DNA of 42,074 nt from Octopus bimaculoides (Eukaryota), in the NCBI RefSeq assembly GCF_001194135.2, contig NC_068984.1, positions 29,835,318-29,877,391 of the forward strand. Direction: 5' to 3'. The notes beneath the pieces are model-generated. The model was not told the origin of the DNA and ran no database searches. It was given only the letters and a program-made list of their open reading frames with translations. Below, piece by piece: positions 1 to 12,897 of this stretch. Positions within the stretch are counted from its first letter, which is position 1, and each line of letters begins with the position of its first letter. Position numbers and translations under genes: made by a program.

Positions 1-494
1 TATATATATATATATATATAACTCCTCCTTGCTATCATATAACAATTGTCATCTGAACTCTTGTAGTTGCCGATAGGAGAGACAGACGAAAAAATGTTAA
101 TAACTCTCCACTTCATCACTATTGCTCTCTGTATATCTAAGTTACTTAGTCTCATTATCTGCATCAGCCCTTTCACTTGGCTTCTATCTTTAAGCTTTCT
201 CTGCATGTATGCCTCTTACTCTCTTTAACTGTTCCATTCTCTCTCTCTGCTTTCCCCCTCTCTTGTTCCGTTACATACTATCTGTGTTTCTTGTTTGATT
301 TCGTGTTCTCATAAATATGAAAAATATGAATAAATAAATAAAATAAATAAAATATTACCATTTTTTATTTCAAAATGTCTGCTACACATACCTTGCAATT
401 TTGTTTCAAAAAATAACGTGCAACATTTTTTGTATTTTCATTTTGTTGTTTGTGAATAGAAGCCATGTCTGTGTGCATGTGTGCATGCTTGTGT

Positions 495-530
495 ATCTAT
501 CTATCTATCTATATATATATATATATATAC

Positions 531-571
<41 letters not shown>

Positions 572-650
572 TGTGTGTGCGCGCGCGTGTGTGTGTGTGT
601 GTACGTATATGTGTGCGCGCGTGTTTGTGTGTGTGTATACTTACGTTCAT
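495..650. repeat. Compound microsatellite (TCTA)n-(TA)n-(TG)n-(CG)n-(TG)n
   Basis: Directly visible; source of ORFs 401..693. Confidence 0.97.
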
Positions 651-741
651 GTATACCTACGTAAATATACGTATACGTTATAACATTAACTAATATTTAC
701 AGTTGTGATATATTGATATCTAACATTATTTCAAATTTTGT

Positions 742-940
742 CACAAAGACCAGCTATTTTGAGAGGAAGTCCTAAGTTAATTGCATGAACTCCAATGTTC
801 AACTGGGACTTATTTTGTCGACCTCGAAATAATGAAAGGCAAAGTCGTCTTTGGCGAAATTTGAACTCAGAACATAAAGCCGGATAAAATGCTACTAAAC
901 ACTGTGTTCGGTACAGTAGCTATCCTGTGAAGTTACCGAC
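742..940 (-). mobile_element. SINE family A copy (diverged)
   Basis: Core gtcgacctcgaaataatgaaaggcaaagtcg...gaaatttgaactcagaac matches the other family A copies in the window. Confidence 0.8.
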
Positions 941-1277
941 TTTTGGTACTAATACTGAGATTTATTTCACTTTGATGTGCATTTTATATATTTATCTCTA
1001 AAAACAAAAATATAATCACGGTTCGTTAAGTATTAACTAAAGATGAAACTATTTGAACAAGCATAGCAAAAATGTAGTTTGTGGTATTATTTATGTATAT
1101 TATTTATTAACACTCTTCAATAATCTCAAAGCCAGTGGTTTAGCAGAGTCGAACCTGTGTCAAACATTTACTTTGTATAGAATTTATAACCAAATCACCC
1201 GTGGCTTCAGTAAGAATGTATAATAAAATTGAATTTTCTGTCTTCATCTATCATCTATATATATATTCATATACCTT

Positions 1278-1341
1278 CATACATACATGCATACATACAT
1301 ACATACATACATACATACATACATACATACATACATACATA
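1278..1341. repeat. (TACA)n microsatellite
   Basis: Directly visible. Confidence 0.97.
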
Positions 1342-1454
1342 CCCTGTTGTTGATGTTGAAATTCCAATAATGGGGCCTTGGATAGAGGTTAGAAACCGGT
1401 TTTATCTCTGTTGGCAAGCAATCTTGAAATAAACTTGAACAATGATATTCATGC

Positions 1455-1486
1455 ATGCATACATATACGCACACACGTACACACAT

Positions 1487-1524
<38 letters not shown>

Positions 1525-1547
1525 GCACACACACAAACACACACTCA
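1455..1547. repeat. (CA)n microsatellite
   Basis: Directly visible. Confidence 0.95.
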
Positions 1548-2321
1548 CGCAGAGCTTTTTCTACACCCTTTTCCCCGTCATCGTCGTCACCATCATTGTC
1601 ACGTCATCAACATCACGATTATTACGAGTTGCGTAACTTGAAACTGTTACTAATTTTGTCTCGTGTTTGTGTCTTTATGAATATTTTGAAGGATCACACT
1701 TCACAAAATATAAAAGGTGTTTATGAAGAAATACTACGGCTATAAACATCCAGTGCGTGTGAGTATTGAATGCTTCCGTCTTATTTGGGTTTCTACACAA
1801 GGGTTTCTCTTATATTCTGAAAATGTACATGTGTATAGCATCAGCGAATGCAGACGAACTAAGTGCTAATTTCTCAATTATCAGCACTTGCAGAATCCCA
1901 TTTCAGCAATAATGAATATATTCACCTTATATATTACCTGATAAATTCAATTAGTTATTTTCATTTTCAGATAATAACCTTTAGCCTAGTTGTGCAGAGA
2001 CGAAGTTCTATTTTTACAAACATCTCATGCCTGTTTATTTCAATTGCCTGACAGACATCGAGCCATATATTTATGAATGAGAAACTACGCAGAACAATAA
2101 CGCCCTGATTATAAATGGCAAAGTTGGAACTATCAACACGATTATGAATTTGCATCTTATCATTCTGATTTATATTAAATATCTAAAACCCCAGACAGGT
2201 TTGTTTTCGATGCCATAAATATCAAAAACTTTTTTAAAAAACACTTAAAAATTATGAACGAATTCTATTTCCGTAAAAAAACAAGCACACACGTAAACAC
2301 CGACATGTGTCCATACATACG

Positions 2322-2322
<1 letters not shown>

Positions 2323-2370
<48 letters not shown>
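2323..2370. repeat. (GT)n microsatellite
   Basis: Directly visible. Confidence 0.97.
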
Positions 2371-2401
2371 TTATAGAGATGTAAATCTGTCAGTGGACAA
2401 T

Positions 2402-2452
2402 TTAGCTTAATGGTAAGGCACTTGACCGGTACACACAGAGAGTTCGAGTCTC
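2402..2452 (+). other. tRNA-like Pol III promoter remnant (SINE head or tRNA pseudogene fragment)
   Basis: A-box-like tagcttaatggt (2403) and B-box-like gttcgagtc (~2442) at tRNA-like spacing; no complete cloverleaf. Confidence 0.35.
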
Positions 2453-2545
2453 ATGGCTGGCTGCTGACACATTTTTCTGAACTATGAGGATTATAATTCT
2501 ATTCATGCTGTTCTGCATTATTCTGCGTTTGAAAATAACGTAATG

Positions 2546-2584
<39 letters not shown>

Positions 2585-2602
2585 CACACACACACACACA
2601 CA
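2546..2602. repeat. (CA)n microsatellite
   Basis: Directly visible. Confidence 0.95.
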
Positions 2603-3506
2603 ACGAAACACACGCGTGCACATAGTTTGTTTTCTCACGCTGACACTTTACAGTCTCTGCTAACAGCAAATATCAACTTTACCATAACTAAAACAAATAA
2701 TTAACCAGAATACATTGTGTCAGATTTCACCATTATTAGAATATGGCGGAAGAACCATCATACTTAACTTATTGAGTCATTATTTTTACACATAATCCTT
2801 TGCCTAAGAATTCTACTGTGCTTGCAATAATATTTTTACCAACATTCATGCTTTCTGTAAATCACAAGCCATAAGCTCCTTTTAAATTAAGTAAAAGCTA
2901 GAGATAACAGAGTATAGAGGCTGCATTGTCACAGGCTTTTTCCGGCACCAATTCGAAAGGGCAGTGTACTCAACGCCAAATCAGATTTGCTCGAAGAAAG
3001 AACGACTGAAACCCATTTTAAACTTTGTCTTTAATATTCTCATTATTATTTTCTCTCACATTCTCTGTACTTGGTAGATTAATCCACTGCCCGGTTTGTC
3101 GCCATCACTTGGATTCTGGATTACATTTAGAACGGTTCTACAGATTTCAAAAGCATTATTCTGAGATCTCCTATCTCAGGATAATTCCTTCCTCTCCTCT
3201 TGCTGCACTTGCAGTTGGTTGGTTGAGAACAACACAATCTTTTTTAAATAGAATGCCATAGCGATTAGTTTTCAATTAATCTCCATACTTCTATCGAATC
3301 TAATTCAAATAATTTTTTAGTTTAATATATATGCTCTATCGAATTTTAAATATGTTAAGTTTGTTAAATCTGCAATTAATGTTTTTCTTTCTACAAATTG
3401 CTCAATGTCAGCACTGATAAGCAATTTAACTTCCTTGAAGCCAAGCATTGCCAGATAGGATGTTTAATATCTACAAAACAATCCCTAACAGATAATCATC
3501 CAGTAG

Positions 3507-3695
3507 AATCTTTTCTACCCAAGGCACAAGACCCGAAGATTTTGCGGGAGGGGACCGGTCGATTAGATCGATCCCAGTACGTAACTGGTTCTCATTTCAT
3601 CGACCCTGAAAGAGTGAAAGTCAAAGTCGACATCGGCGGAATTTGAACTCAGAACGTAAAGACAGACAGAGCTCAGAACGTAAAGACATACAGAA
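3507..3695 (-). mobile_element. SINE family A copy, tail type 1, with internal 24-bp tandem duplication
   Basis: aaggcacaag...gtcgattagatcgatcccagtacgtaactgg...gtcgacatcggcggaatttgaactcagaacgtaaagacagacagag, followed by a repeat of ctcagaacgtaaagaca. Confidence 0.9.
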
Positions 3696-3919
3696 TATTT
3701 AAACAATATAGAATATTTGTCGTAGTTCGACTTGAACTATTCTCTGACATGATGAAGCATGTATCGTGGTATCATAGTTCCGACTAGATTATCAGATGTT
3801 GTTATACATCTCTGATCCCAATGCTCTCGACATCATTTTTATTTTTTGAAAGATGCCACCCGGCTGGCTAACCGAGTAGGCTAGCACTCCTCCTTATCGG
3901 AAGACTATTCCGTCGCAAA

Positions 3920-4000
3920 GTTACTCATTCACAGCTGAGTGAACTTGAGCATCGTCAAATGGAGTGTTTTGCCAGTGAAATGAAGTGTTTCACTACCACC
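3920..4000 (-). mobile_element. Fragment of another SINE-like repeat (CORE-like central segment)
   Basis: ttactcattcacagctgagtgaacttgagcatcgtcaaatggagtgttttg resembles, from memory, the reverse complement of CORE-type SINE bodies; single degraded copy. Confidence 0.3.
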
Positions 4001-4229
4001 ACCGAAGTCACGGCTGTAACCTACCAACATATACGAGGTTTCTACCGAATCTAATTCAATAGTGAACATAATTATGTCATTAAATGACATCGTTCGTTCG
4101 AATTGCATAAGTAAATAGAGTAACTATTCCTTTATACAACAATACTATTAAACACAGACGTCATTACAAGTGTGGTATTTGCGCCATCAGTGAACCGAAC
4201 TTTCGAATCCTTATTAAAAAATTTAAGCG

Positions 4230-4990
4230 CACTTCTTCACAGTAATTTTCTCATTGTCAGATTCATCAAATTGTGTCCAAAGATTGATCTTCATTGGAAC
4301 AAGCAGGTGTAAGCTAGAGGGCTCTAAAACCGTGCTGCAAACATTGTCATGTTCAATATACAACTCATTCTTCGCAATACCTCCACTTTCTAGAGAATAA
4401 AGATGAATCATATCCAAAATACAATTATGATGAATTTCTGTGACGATTGCAGGCATTTCAAAATCTTATCTTTGATGAAGGGCGACAGCATTACGTGGAT
4501 TGAACTTTCGTTTCGGATCATAAATATACATCAAATTTTCTTTCTCTGTCATCTGATGGGAAAAATGACTTTAAGTCTGCCAATAAATCAAAGCAGACTT
4601 TTACTCTGCTCTCCTTGAAATCGACTCCAAAATCTGAGATGCCGATTTTGTATGCACATTTCAAATACCAAACGTTTTCTGCTTTCTTCTGTAAAGCATT
4701 GTGCTGACAGTGCGATAATGCAGTTGGCCCGAACGATTGAGATTTTTCTGTCTAGTCGAATCAATCCGTTTACTCGCTGGTGATTCGAGTCAGCGATCGC
4801 AGGTGATGCCTTCCCAGCTCGTGATAATACAAGTTTCCTCTTCTTCAGACTTAATCCTCCATTTGTGTGCATTGCTCTTGCTAGTGGTGTCATCTCCCTC
4901 TAGAGCCTGCAGCTTTCTCTGGGTGTCGAACAGTGCGCCTTTTCCACTCGCGAAAAACTCAATAACAGCATCTCGTTTACCTGTTATCAA
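4230..4990 (-). mobile_element. Degenerate mariner (Tc1/mariner) transposase remnant
   Basis: Frameshifted motifs occur in the correct order: KRDAVIEFFASGKG...SKSNAHKW (HTH), NHQRVNGLIRLDRKISI, tatgatccgaaacgaaagttcaatcc (about YDPETKVQS with one deletion), and HDN near 4345. No TIR pair found. Confidence 0.7.
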
Positions 4991-5145
4991 AACGTTAATT
5001 ATGCATAGGGCTACTACAAACGAAGAGTTTCTCTGCTCACATGTGCAATTTAAATGTTCCATGTTCGTCAATAAATACGCTATTCTCACTTTCACTTTAT
5101 TTCAGTACAAAATTCAGATGATAACAGTATAATGTTCGATGCTCA

Positions 5146-5245
<100 letters not shown>

Positions 5246-6281
5246 GGTTAAGTAAGTTTAAGTAAAGTTACTTATGGCAAGCGGCCTATTAAACCCAACA
5301 GAGTTCCTCATCCAAGTTTGGCAAAGTGTATTGCTATATTACGAGTGGGTCCCGTTGTCACACATATTTGAAGTGCCACTAAGCCAGGTAAGTGGGTATT
5401 GTCGAGATTGATCTGGTTGGATTTTGCAGAATAAAGGATTAGTTTATTCGATCGTCGATTATCAAGTACGAGTACTTTAGCGTGTACAGCATTCACTTTA
5501 ACATAACTTTTTGCAAAGATATTCATGAAGATTTCTCCTTCTTCAGCAACCAGAGATACTATAGCGCGAGAAATTTAATTAATTTAATTGTCATGATACA
5601 AGAAATCAGGTACATGCAGCATGCACATGCGAATGCACTTGAATATATATATACACCACGTAATCAAAATATTCATCAATCAAAATATTCATCAATCAAA
5701 AATATAAAAAATACATCTGAAACAGCTGTAGTGAAACTTTAACCCATGCATATTCTATTCCATGCATGTATGTATATGTGTGTATGTACGAAAGTATGTA
5801 TATATTATTACCAATAATTTTTCAGCATATCAACCAACAAATGCCGTGGTAAATAAATGCAGGTATCTCTAGATAAGCAGACTTAAATATAATCAAATAC
5901 TTAAAATCATAAATGTAATTGAAATAACATGGACACTTTATTGTAAAGATTATCTTTGTCTTTTGAATTTTTCTTTTACTTAAATTGCGAAAGAATTTCT
6001 CATTGCTTCTCCAATGGTCAATTAATTGAAGTATGGCTCCTTTATGCATTTCATGAAAAAGTAACAACTGTGCAATGAATATTAAGTAGCTTTCTAGGAG
6101 CTTCAGAAAATATATGCTGTATACACATCTGATTTTATTACTGTCGCAATTTTCTCCGGTGTATTTTTTCGTTCTTGTCATGTTATGTCGGGATTGTGAA
6201 ACAGTTTGTCTACAAATATATTGAAAACACATAGGAACACACAGATCTGATCTGCATACAAGAAACGCATATGTATTTATG

Positions 6282-6312
<31 letters not shown>

Positions 6313-6545
6313 NNNNNNNNNNNNNNNNNNNNNNNNNNNNNNNNNNNNNNNNNNNNNNNNNNNNNNNNNNNNNNNNNNNNNNNNNNNNNNNNNNNNNNNN
6401 NNNNNNNNNNNNNNNNNNNNNNNNNNNNNNNNNNNNNNNNNNNNNNNNNNNNNNNNNNNNNNNNNNNNNNNNNNNNNNNNNNNNNNNNNNNNNNNNNNNN
6501 NNNNNNNNNNNNNNNNNNNNNNNNNNNNNNNNNNNNNNNNNNNNN
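6313..6545. other. Assembly gap (N run) after (TA)n
   Basis: N characters. Confidence 0.99.
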
Positions 6546-6854
6546 CTTATTCTATCGGTCTCTTTTGTCGAACCGCTAAGTTACGGGGACATAAAAACAC
6601 CAGCATCGGTTGTCAAGCGATGTTGGGGGACAAACACAGACATACAAACACATACACACACACACACATATATATATATATACATATATACGACAGGCTT
6701 CTTTCAGTTTCCGTCTACCAAATCCACTCACAAGGCTTTGGTCGGCCCGAGGCTATAGTAGAAGACACTTGCCCAAGATGCCACGCAGTGGGACTGAACC
6801 CGGGACCATGTGGTTGGTAAGCAAGCTACTTACCACACAGCCACTCCTACGCCT
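6546..6854 (-). mobile_element. SINE family B copy: tRNA-like head, CORE-like segment, internal (CA)/(TA) microsatellite; 3' end in gap
   Basis: Minus strand reads aggcgtaggagtggctgtgtggtaagtagcttgc...gggttcagtcccactgcgtggcatcttgggcaagtgtcttc; near-identical blocks at 18000-18367, 25029-25969, 25983-26311 and 28508-28935. Confidence 0.92.
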
Positions 6855-7499
6855 ATATAATATATATATATATACAAACACACAGATACACACACATACA
6901 TATGACGGGTTTCTTCCAGGCAATAGTAAAATACACTATTCCTTGCTTCATGAGAAGAGAATTTTCAGCAATAATGTAGACATGTCCCGTAATAATGTAC
7001 TATTTTTCAATAACGCTTATTGAAACTTGCAGCTTACAATAGATAGGTTAAAACTTGCAATGTCATATTGGGTACATATTTATATTCTTGATTTACAAAC
7101 TACTTGTTTGATAACACATATACATTGATGTACAAACACTGTTGGGTACTGAGCATTTTTAAGTACACAGCCAGGTCTTCGTTCTTTCGTTTTTCTTTGA
7201 AAATCAGATTCGAAAATATATAGCATTCCCGGAATATTTTTCGTTTGTGCTAAATATGTAAAAGTAATGCACGCATAAATGCACAATTGCTCCATAGGAT
7301 TTTTTTAATGTCACATGTTTCAATACTCCTAAGTAAGCAAGTTTGTAAAACCTGTCGCATTTTCTAAATTAAGAATTTATACATCTATTCAGTTGCCTTT
7401 ATGCAACTGCGGTATGTATTAAATTGTATGGTTTACCCTCTGAAAGATTAATATATACACACACAAAATATCTAGGCATATATGTATACATGCATAATA

Positions 7500-7561
7500 C
7501 TTTATATCTATCTATCTATCTATCTATCTATCAACCTCTTTCTCTCTCTCTCGCTCTTATA

Positions 7562-7632
<71 letters not shown>

Positions 7633-7674
7633 NNNNNNNNNNNNNNNNNNNNNNNNNNNNNNNNNNNNNNNNNN

Positions 7675-7771
<97 letters not shown>

Positions 7772-7780
7772 GTATATGTT
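7500..7780. repeat. Compound microsatellite (TATC)/(TC)/(TA)/(TG) containing gap 7633-7674
   Basis: Directly visible. Confidence 0.97.
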
Positions 7781-8966
7781 ACCGTTTGTCGCGCGCGTCT
7801 GTGAGTTTCTCTACGTAAGTACACGAGAGATGGTATTTGAATAATCAGCAACAATGAATGATCGGACACGTTGTTATTCTATGTCTTGACATTCCATTCA
7901 AGTTGTTTCGTATATTCATTGATCTGAAATTAAATGAACATGTTCGAATAATGGAGAAATGGAGGTAATTGCATATAGATAGCACTTAAAACTGCCGTTA
8001 ATCCCCAATAATGAATGCATTGTAGTGTTAAGTACTCACCGGACGAAGTTGCTGAATTAACTTCGATTCTCTGTTGGAAATGTATCCCGTGCTCTATTAA
8101 TGCAACATGGAATAAGGTAATGAATACAGTAAATTTCTAATTATTAAATACTAGCCTAAAACTAAAGAATGAATCTACTTACCAATCTCCATGAATTAAT
8201 GCCTATTTCATTTGTTGCATTTTAATACTTGCCAATATACAAGACCAACTCAATTTTTTTTATTGTCTGCCTTTCTGTTCTTCCATTCTTGTTCGGTTGC
8301 CCGGTAGCATGTTATATTTTACATCTAATATTTCGTCATGCAATAAGTATACTTCCTTTTATCTTAGAATCTATTTGCGGAAAAATTATATTAACATTAT
8401 ATTAATATTAATATTATTTTAATTATATTATAGCGGTTTGGTTGCTATTTCTTAATATCCCAATAATGTATGGCTAATGTTGTAAACTGCAGAAATTGGA
8501 TATTTTGCAGTTCATGCATAATCAATTTTTAACCACGCGCCAATATATATTGATTAATTATCATCAAATTATAATATCGTCGAACATATTGAACATGTTT
8601 AATGATTTCCATTCGTCGATATATCACCATGATCATTATCATAACCATCACCATCACCATTTATCTCATTATCATTCGCCCCTTTATTACCAGTAGGAAG
8701 GAAAGCACACAAAATAAGAGATGAAATGGGCTAATAAATTCCTTGCCACACCAAGAATTGTGATTGGTGTTATATATAGGCTACATGATACTAAGTTGCT
8801 AATTCCAATCATTTAATGACTCAAAAGCATAAATGAAAGAAGGAAAAGAAGAAATAAGAATAGAAAAATAGTTTGAAAGAAAGAGAAGATTACGTGTAAC
8901 ATTTATCATCCAATATTTTTGTAGCTTCTGCAATAGTTGCGTTAAATTCATCTTCTTTCTAATAGC

Positions 8967-9184
8967 AATGGTTTCAAATTTTGGTATAAGGCCAGCAAAT
9001 TCGGAGGAATGGGGTGAGTCGATTACATCGACTCCAGTGTTTAACTGGTACTTATTTTATCGACCTGGAAAAGATGAAAGCCAAAGTAGGCCTCGGCGGA
9101 ATTTGAACTCAGAATGTAAAGGCATACAAAATGCCGCTAAACATTTTGCCTGGCGTGCTAACGATTCTGCCAGCTCACCGCCTT
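8967..9184 (-). mobile_element. SINE family A copy, full length, tail variant 3
   Basis: Minus strand head aaggcggtgagctggcagaatcgttagcacgcc, B-box gagttcaaattcc, hairpin core, tail ...ggccttataccaaaatttgaaaccat. Confidence 0.92.
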
Positions 9185-9439
9185 CCTCTTTCTAATAATA
9201 ATAGCTTCAAATGCTCTCCAAAAAGGGCAGTAAAGAAACCCTACTGAAGCAGGTTTACTATGGAAACCCAGGGTAAGTACCCACTTCCAGATTTCATTCT
9301 CCGACTTAGACACGCATACTAAAAACGCGTGTGCTGCTCCAATATCAAAATGTACATGAGACTCAACAAATGATGAAAAAGGGACAAACTGACTGAAACC
9401 GTGAACAAAAGAAGAGAAATTAGATAAAAACCACTTCCG

Positions 9440-11600
9440 CAAATACTTTGGATTAAATGAAAATGTCAGTACATTAGAAAAGAGTTATACAGAAGAGTCA
9501 GGCTAATGTTATAACCTGAAAGCAATACCGAAATTCAAGATATTACATCTTCAGTGTGAGTTGGTTAGTTTAGAGATAAAATTTAACACTGTTCCGAAGT
9601 CACTGTACTAATCCTAACATAAACAGCACTACCGTAAAGTAGCACATCAGAACACTACTGTAAAGTAAGCGCAATGAGACGAGAATGATACGTAAGTACA
9701 ATCAAAGAGAAAGTGATTAGAGCCATAAGGGAGGACGAAGATAAAGAGGTTATTCAAATAAAAGGAAACAATGAAGTACAAACTAAAAGTTATCCATAAT
9801 GAAGAAAAGAATTCAGATACGAATAAAAGAACAGAACAGTTTAAAAATAAAACATAAATAACATAATTAAAACTGAAATTCTCTCAATATTAAAATAAAA
9901 AATAAAGACTAGAAACTTTCTATAGTCAAAATCAGTCAAAACTCTGCAGAAAAAGAAAAACAATCAACAATGAAAGCAACAAATGCTCGTCTAATCTTTA
10001 TTTCTTGGGATCAATGACTAAACACTAATAAATATAAAAATAACGTAAACACTAATAAATATAAAAATTAACGCCAAATGTAGATTTAAACAATCCTTAC
10101 ACTAAGACAATTGCTCATATTATTTTTGATGCATTTGTCCTCCTCTTGCCAGAGTACGGTTGCAAGCACCATCGTGTCGGCAGCTATGTATACAGGGTGA
10201 TATGTCAACATTTCGATATTGAAACTAATTAGTGGTATGAATATTTACCAAAAAGCGTACTCGAATACAATATATGCACAATCATATGCCACATGGCAGT
10301 AAAGATTGATAATGTATTAAAGGCATGCAATCCCTTATAGATATTATGGACATAAAATAAAATCTTAATATTCTGATAGGCATCGCGTTCTCTTTTTGAT
10401 AAAATATTACACGGAAGGATGTCGTTCAATGTACTACTCTTGTGATATGAGAATTAAGTGGGATGCGTTAAATAAAAGAGAATCGTAGTACAACTGGAAT
10501 TATGAAAAACAACTATATTGTAGGATTCACAAATCTGTATACACATATATATACATTCCCCTCAACAACTTTAGTACGCACTTTCCACAATTTATGCAAA
10601 ATATTTTCATTTCAATAGACCTTCTGAAACTGTATGTTCTTCTCTAATGTATACTTTATTAAACTCCGACACAATAAAATAACTCAAATCTACTAAATCA
10701 GCATCCAATAATATATCTTTGAGATCACATAGTTTAGATAATCACTTTCCAATTAAATAGACAAGACAATCAACAACTAACATAAAAACATACAACTAAT
10801 TCTTAAAAGAATGCATATACTAGACAATTGACTCTCAATAGCATGAAAAGAGTCAAGATAAACACCCACATAAGAAAAGAGAGCCAAGACAAACACCTAC
10901 ACAATACATACACAACGCAAACGACGCCATGAAGGAAAACATGTAGTATAATTCAAAAAGCCCACGCAAAATAAAATCACAACTGAACAAAGTGAGATAA
11001 TTTTAGCATCAAAAATTATTCTACGCCTCCCACAGACAATAAGATAGAAACCTTAGCAACACGGATTTTCAGCCTCTGAGGCACTAACATTTCATATGAA
11101 ATAGTTGAAAAATAAGATGACACTAATAACAAGAACTATGAAGGCAGCATGAAGTCAAAACTCATAGGAAAAAAAAAACTCATCAGAATGACTTCGACAA
11201 TTAAAATTTAGGTAATAATTATTACAAGAGAATTACAACCATCCGTAATAACATTCTTCACGTCTTATACGTGTGGAAACACAACTATTAGCACAAATAT
11301 AACAACAGGAAAGGATGAAGCGTTAAACATTACAACAAACAGAAGAATAAATATAGTTACATTTGCGCCAACAATCACAGCATGAACCGCAACATCTACA
11401 ACGACAACTGGATTCCTTGCAAAAACAAGCAATGGCAATAAAATTCCCATTAAACGCGAAGAACATAACAGTTTAAACGTAAAACTGGCAGAAAATGGAT
11501 AATTTCCTAGCAGAGAAAAAATATCATAAACAATGAGGATTTGACTATAAAGTGAATGAGGTGATGGTCTAAAGCAACGGATCAATAACAGAGATTAAGA
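9440..11600 (+). mobile_element. Possible highly decayed Penelope-like element
   Basis: Scattered motifs in the expected order: EKELYRRVRL (~9477), RAIREDEDKEVIQIKGN (9719), FTNLYTHI (10526), PCKNKQW (11415), LKQRINNR (11569). Many stops; weak support. Confidence 0.3.
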
Positions 11601-12684
11601 TGACGGTGGTGGGAAGAGACGAACAAAAGAAATCAATGTAATCGAAATAAACCACTTAATTTATTTGACGGCGGCAATAATAACAGAAACCTTGCAAACT
11701 TAACTCAAACTCAGACATAGACAAACAGGAATCAACGATGAAAGACGTGAAGGAATGAAAGTAAAATAACAAAGAAAATTAAGTAAAACAAAATGGCGAG
11801 TTAAATGAATAAAATAAGAAAGCAAAGGAATAAGAAAGTGAAAATAGAAGGAAAGCAAATGAGAATCAGAGGTAAAGAGATATAAGAAGGGAAAGGAAGT
11901 AAAAGATGATAATAGTCTCACAAAAACAAACGGAAGAGGGACAAAAAACTGGGGGAACATACAAGAAGAAAGATAGATAACTATGAGACGAAGAGCAAAA
12001 CGAAACAGCATTGAGGAGATAAGAAATGAAGAGAAAGAAAAAAAGGTGTATAAACTTGCATGAGAAGACAAAAAATACTACAAAACAACATCAAGATAAA
12101 CTGTTGAAAAACGGCAAAAAGTAAGCATATAAAAAAAGAGAGCAAAAATTCACAGTGAAAAGAAAAATACCGAAGAAAAGTGAATGCGTAGGTAAAATGA
12201 GACAGTAAATGTAAAAGATGAAAGAAATATAATAAAATTACAAACATATCTTTTGCCAGCTTTTAGGAAAATAACGAATGGCAAACAGTAAATCAGTTTA
12301 AGAATATGCCACAACATAATATGACTGTCAAAAATATTCTTAATATAAATTGAGGATATACGAGGTGATCTCACGAAAAGAAGGAGTGTGTTTGGTGGAG
12401 CATTCTCATAGTTATATTGGTGTTGGTAGAAGTGTGTAGAAAAGATCAACATTGACAAGAAAATTATATAACATACGAATAGAACTTTGTGGTAAACAAA
12501 TGAAATAAGAAAGCAGGCACAGTGCTTTCGTAAAAAAAACTTACAGATTCATACCTACACACGTATGTTTAGTTATAGGTACGAATGGAAGATACATGTG
12601 TGGTGTGTTGAATAATACTTGATTAGTCTTCAGCCGTTTAGACTACTGCTCGTAAATATAGTCATCACCGTGCTGAATCAACGG

Positions 12685-12830
12685 TGGAACTCGAAGCTAT
12701 CCAGTGAAGCTACACGGAGAAGATCATCTCAATGCGACATGTCAAATATTGGGAGCGGCTGAAAAAGTTAAATCTATACTCGCTCGAACGAAGGTAGGAC
12801 AAATATGCGGTGATATACATCTGGAAACTC
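12685..12830 (+). mobile_element. CR1-like LINE ORF2 C-terminal fragment
   Basis: ELEAIQ*SYTEKIISMRHVKYWERLKKLNLYSLERR*DKYAVIYIWK; homologous to the minus-strand copy at 17560-17700. Confidence 0.8.
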
Positions 12831-12897
12831 GAGTTTTTATTGTTCAACAAAACAGGCCGTAGATGCAGTACGTCCTTCTCAGAATCCCATCATCTAA

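Noticed and set aside
401-1745. ORFs rich in CV/HT/YI dipeptides (also 6271-7869, 25078-25906, 28376-30643, 31284-32302)
   Set aside because: They are translations of microsatellites or N gaps, not proteins.
9196-9271. Plus-strand mini-exon ending cagg|gtaagt (LQMLSKKGSKETLLKQVYYGNP)
   Set aside because: Poor acceptor abutting a SINE head; the peptide could equally be LINE debris.
10191-10225. TA-cagggtga resembling a Tc1/mariner TIR start
   Set aside because: No partner TIR or transposase sequence nearby.
11700-12470. Long purine-rich plus-strand tract (also 15290-15650) giving F/L/S-rich minus ORFs; faint Penelope-like hints near 12270-12470
   Set aside because: Low-complexity composition explains the ORFs, and the motif hints are too weak.
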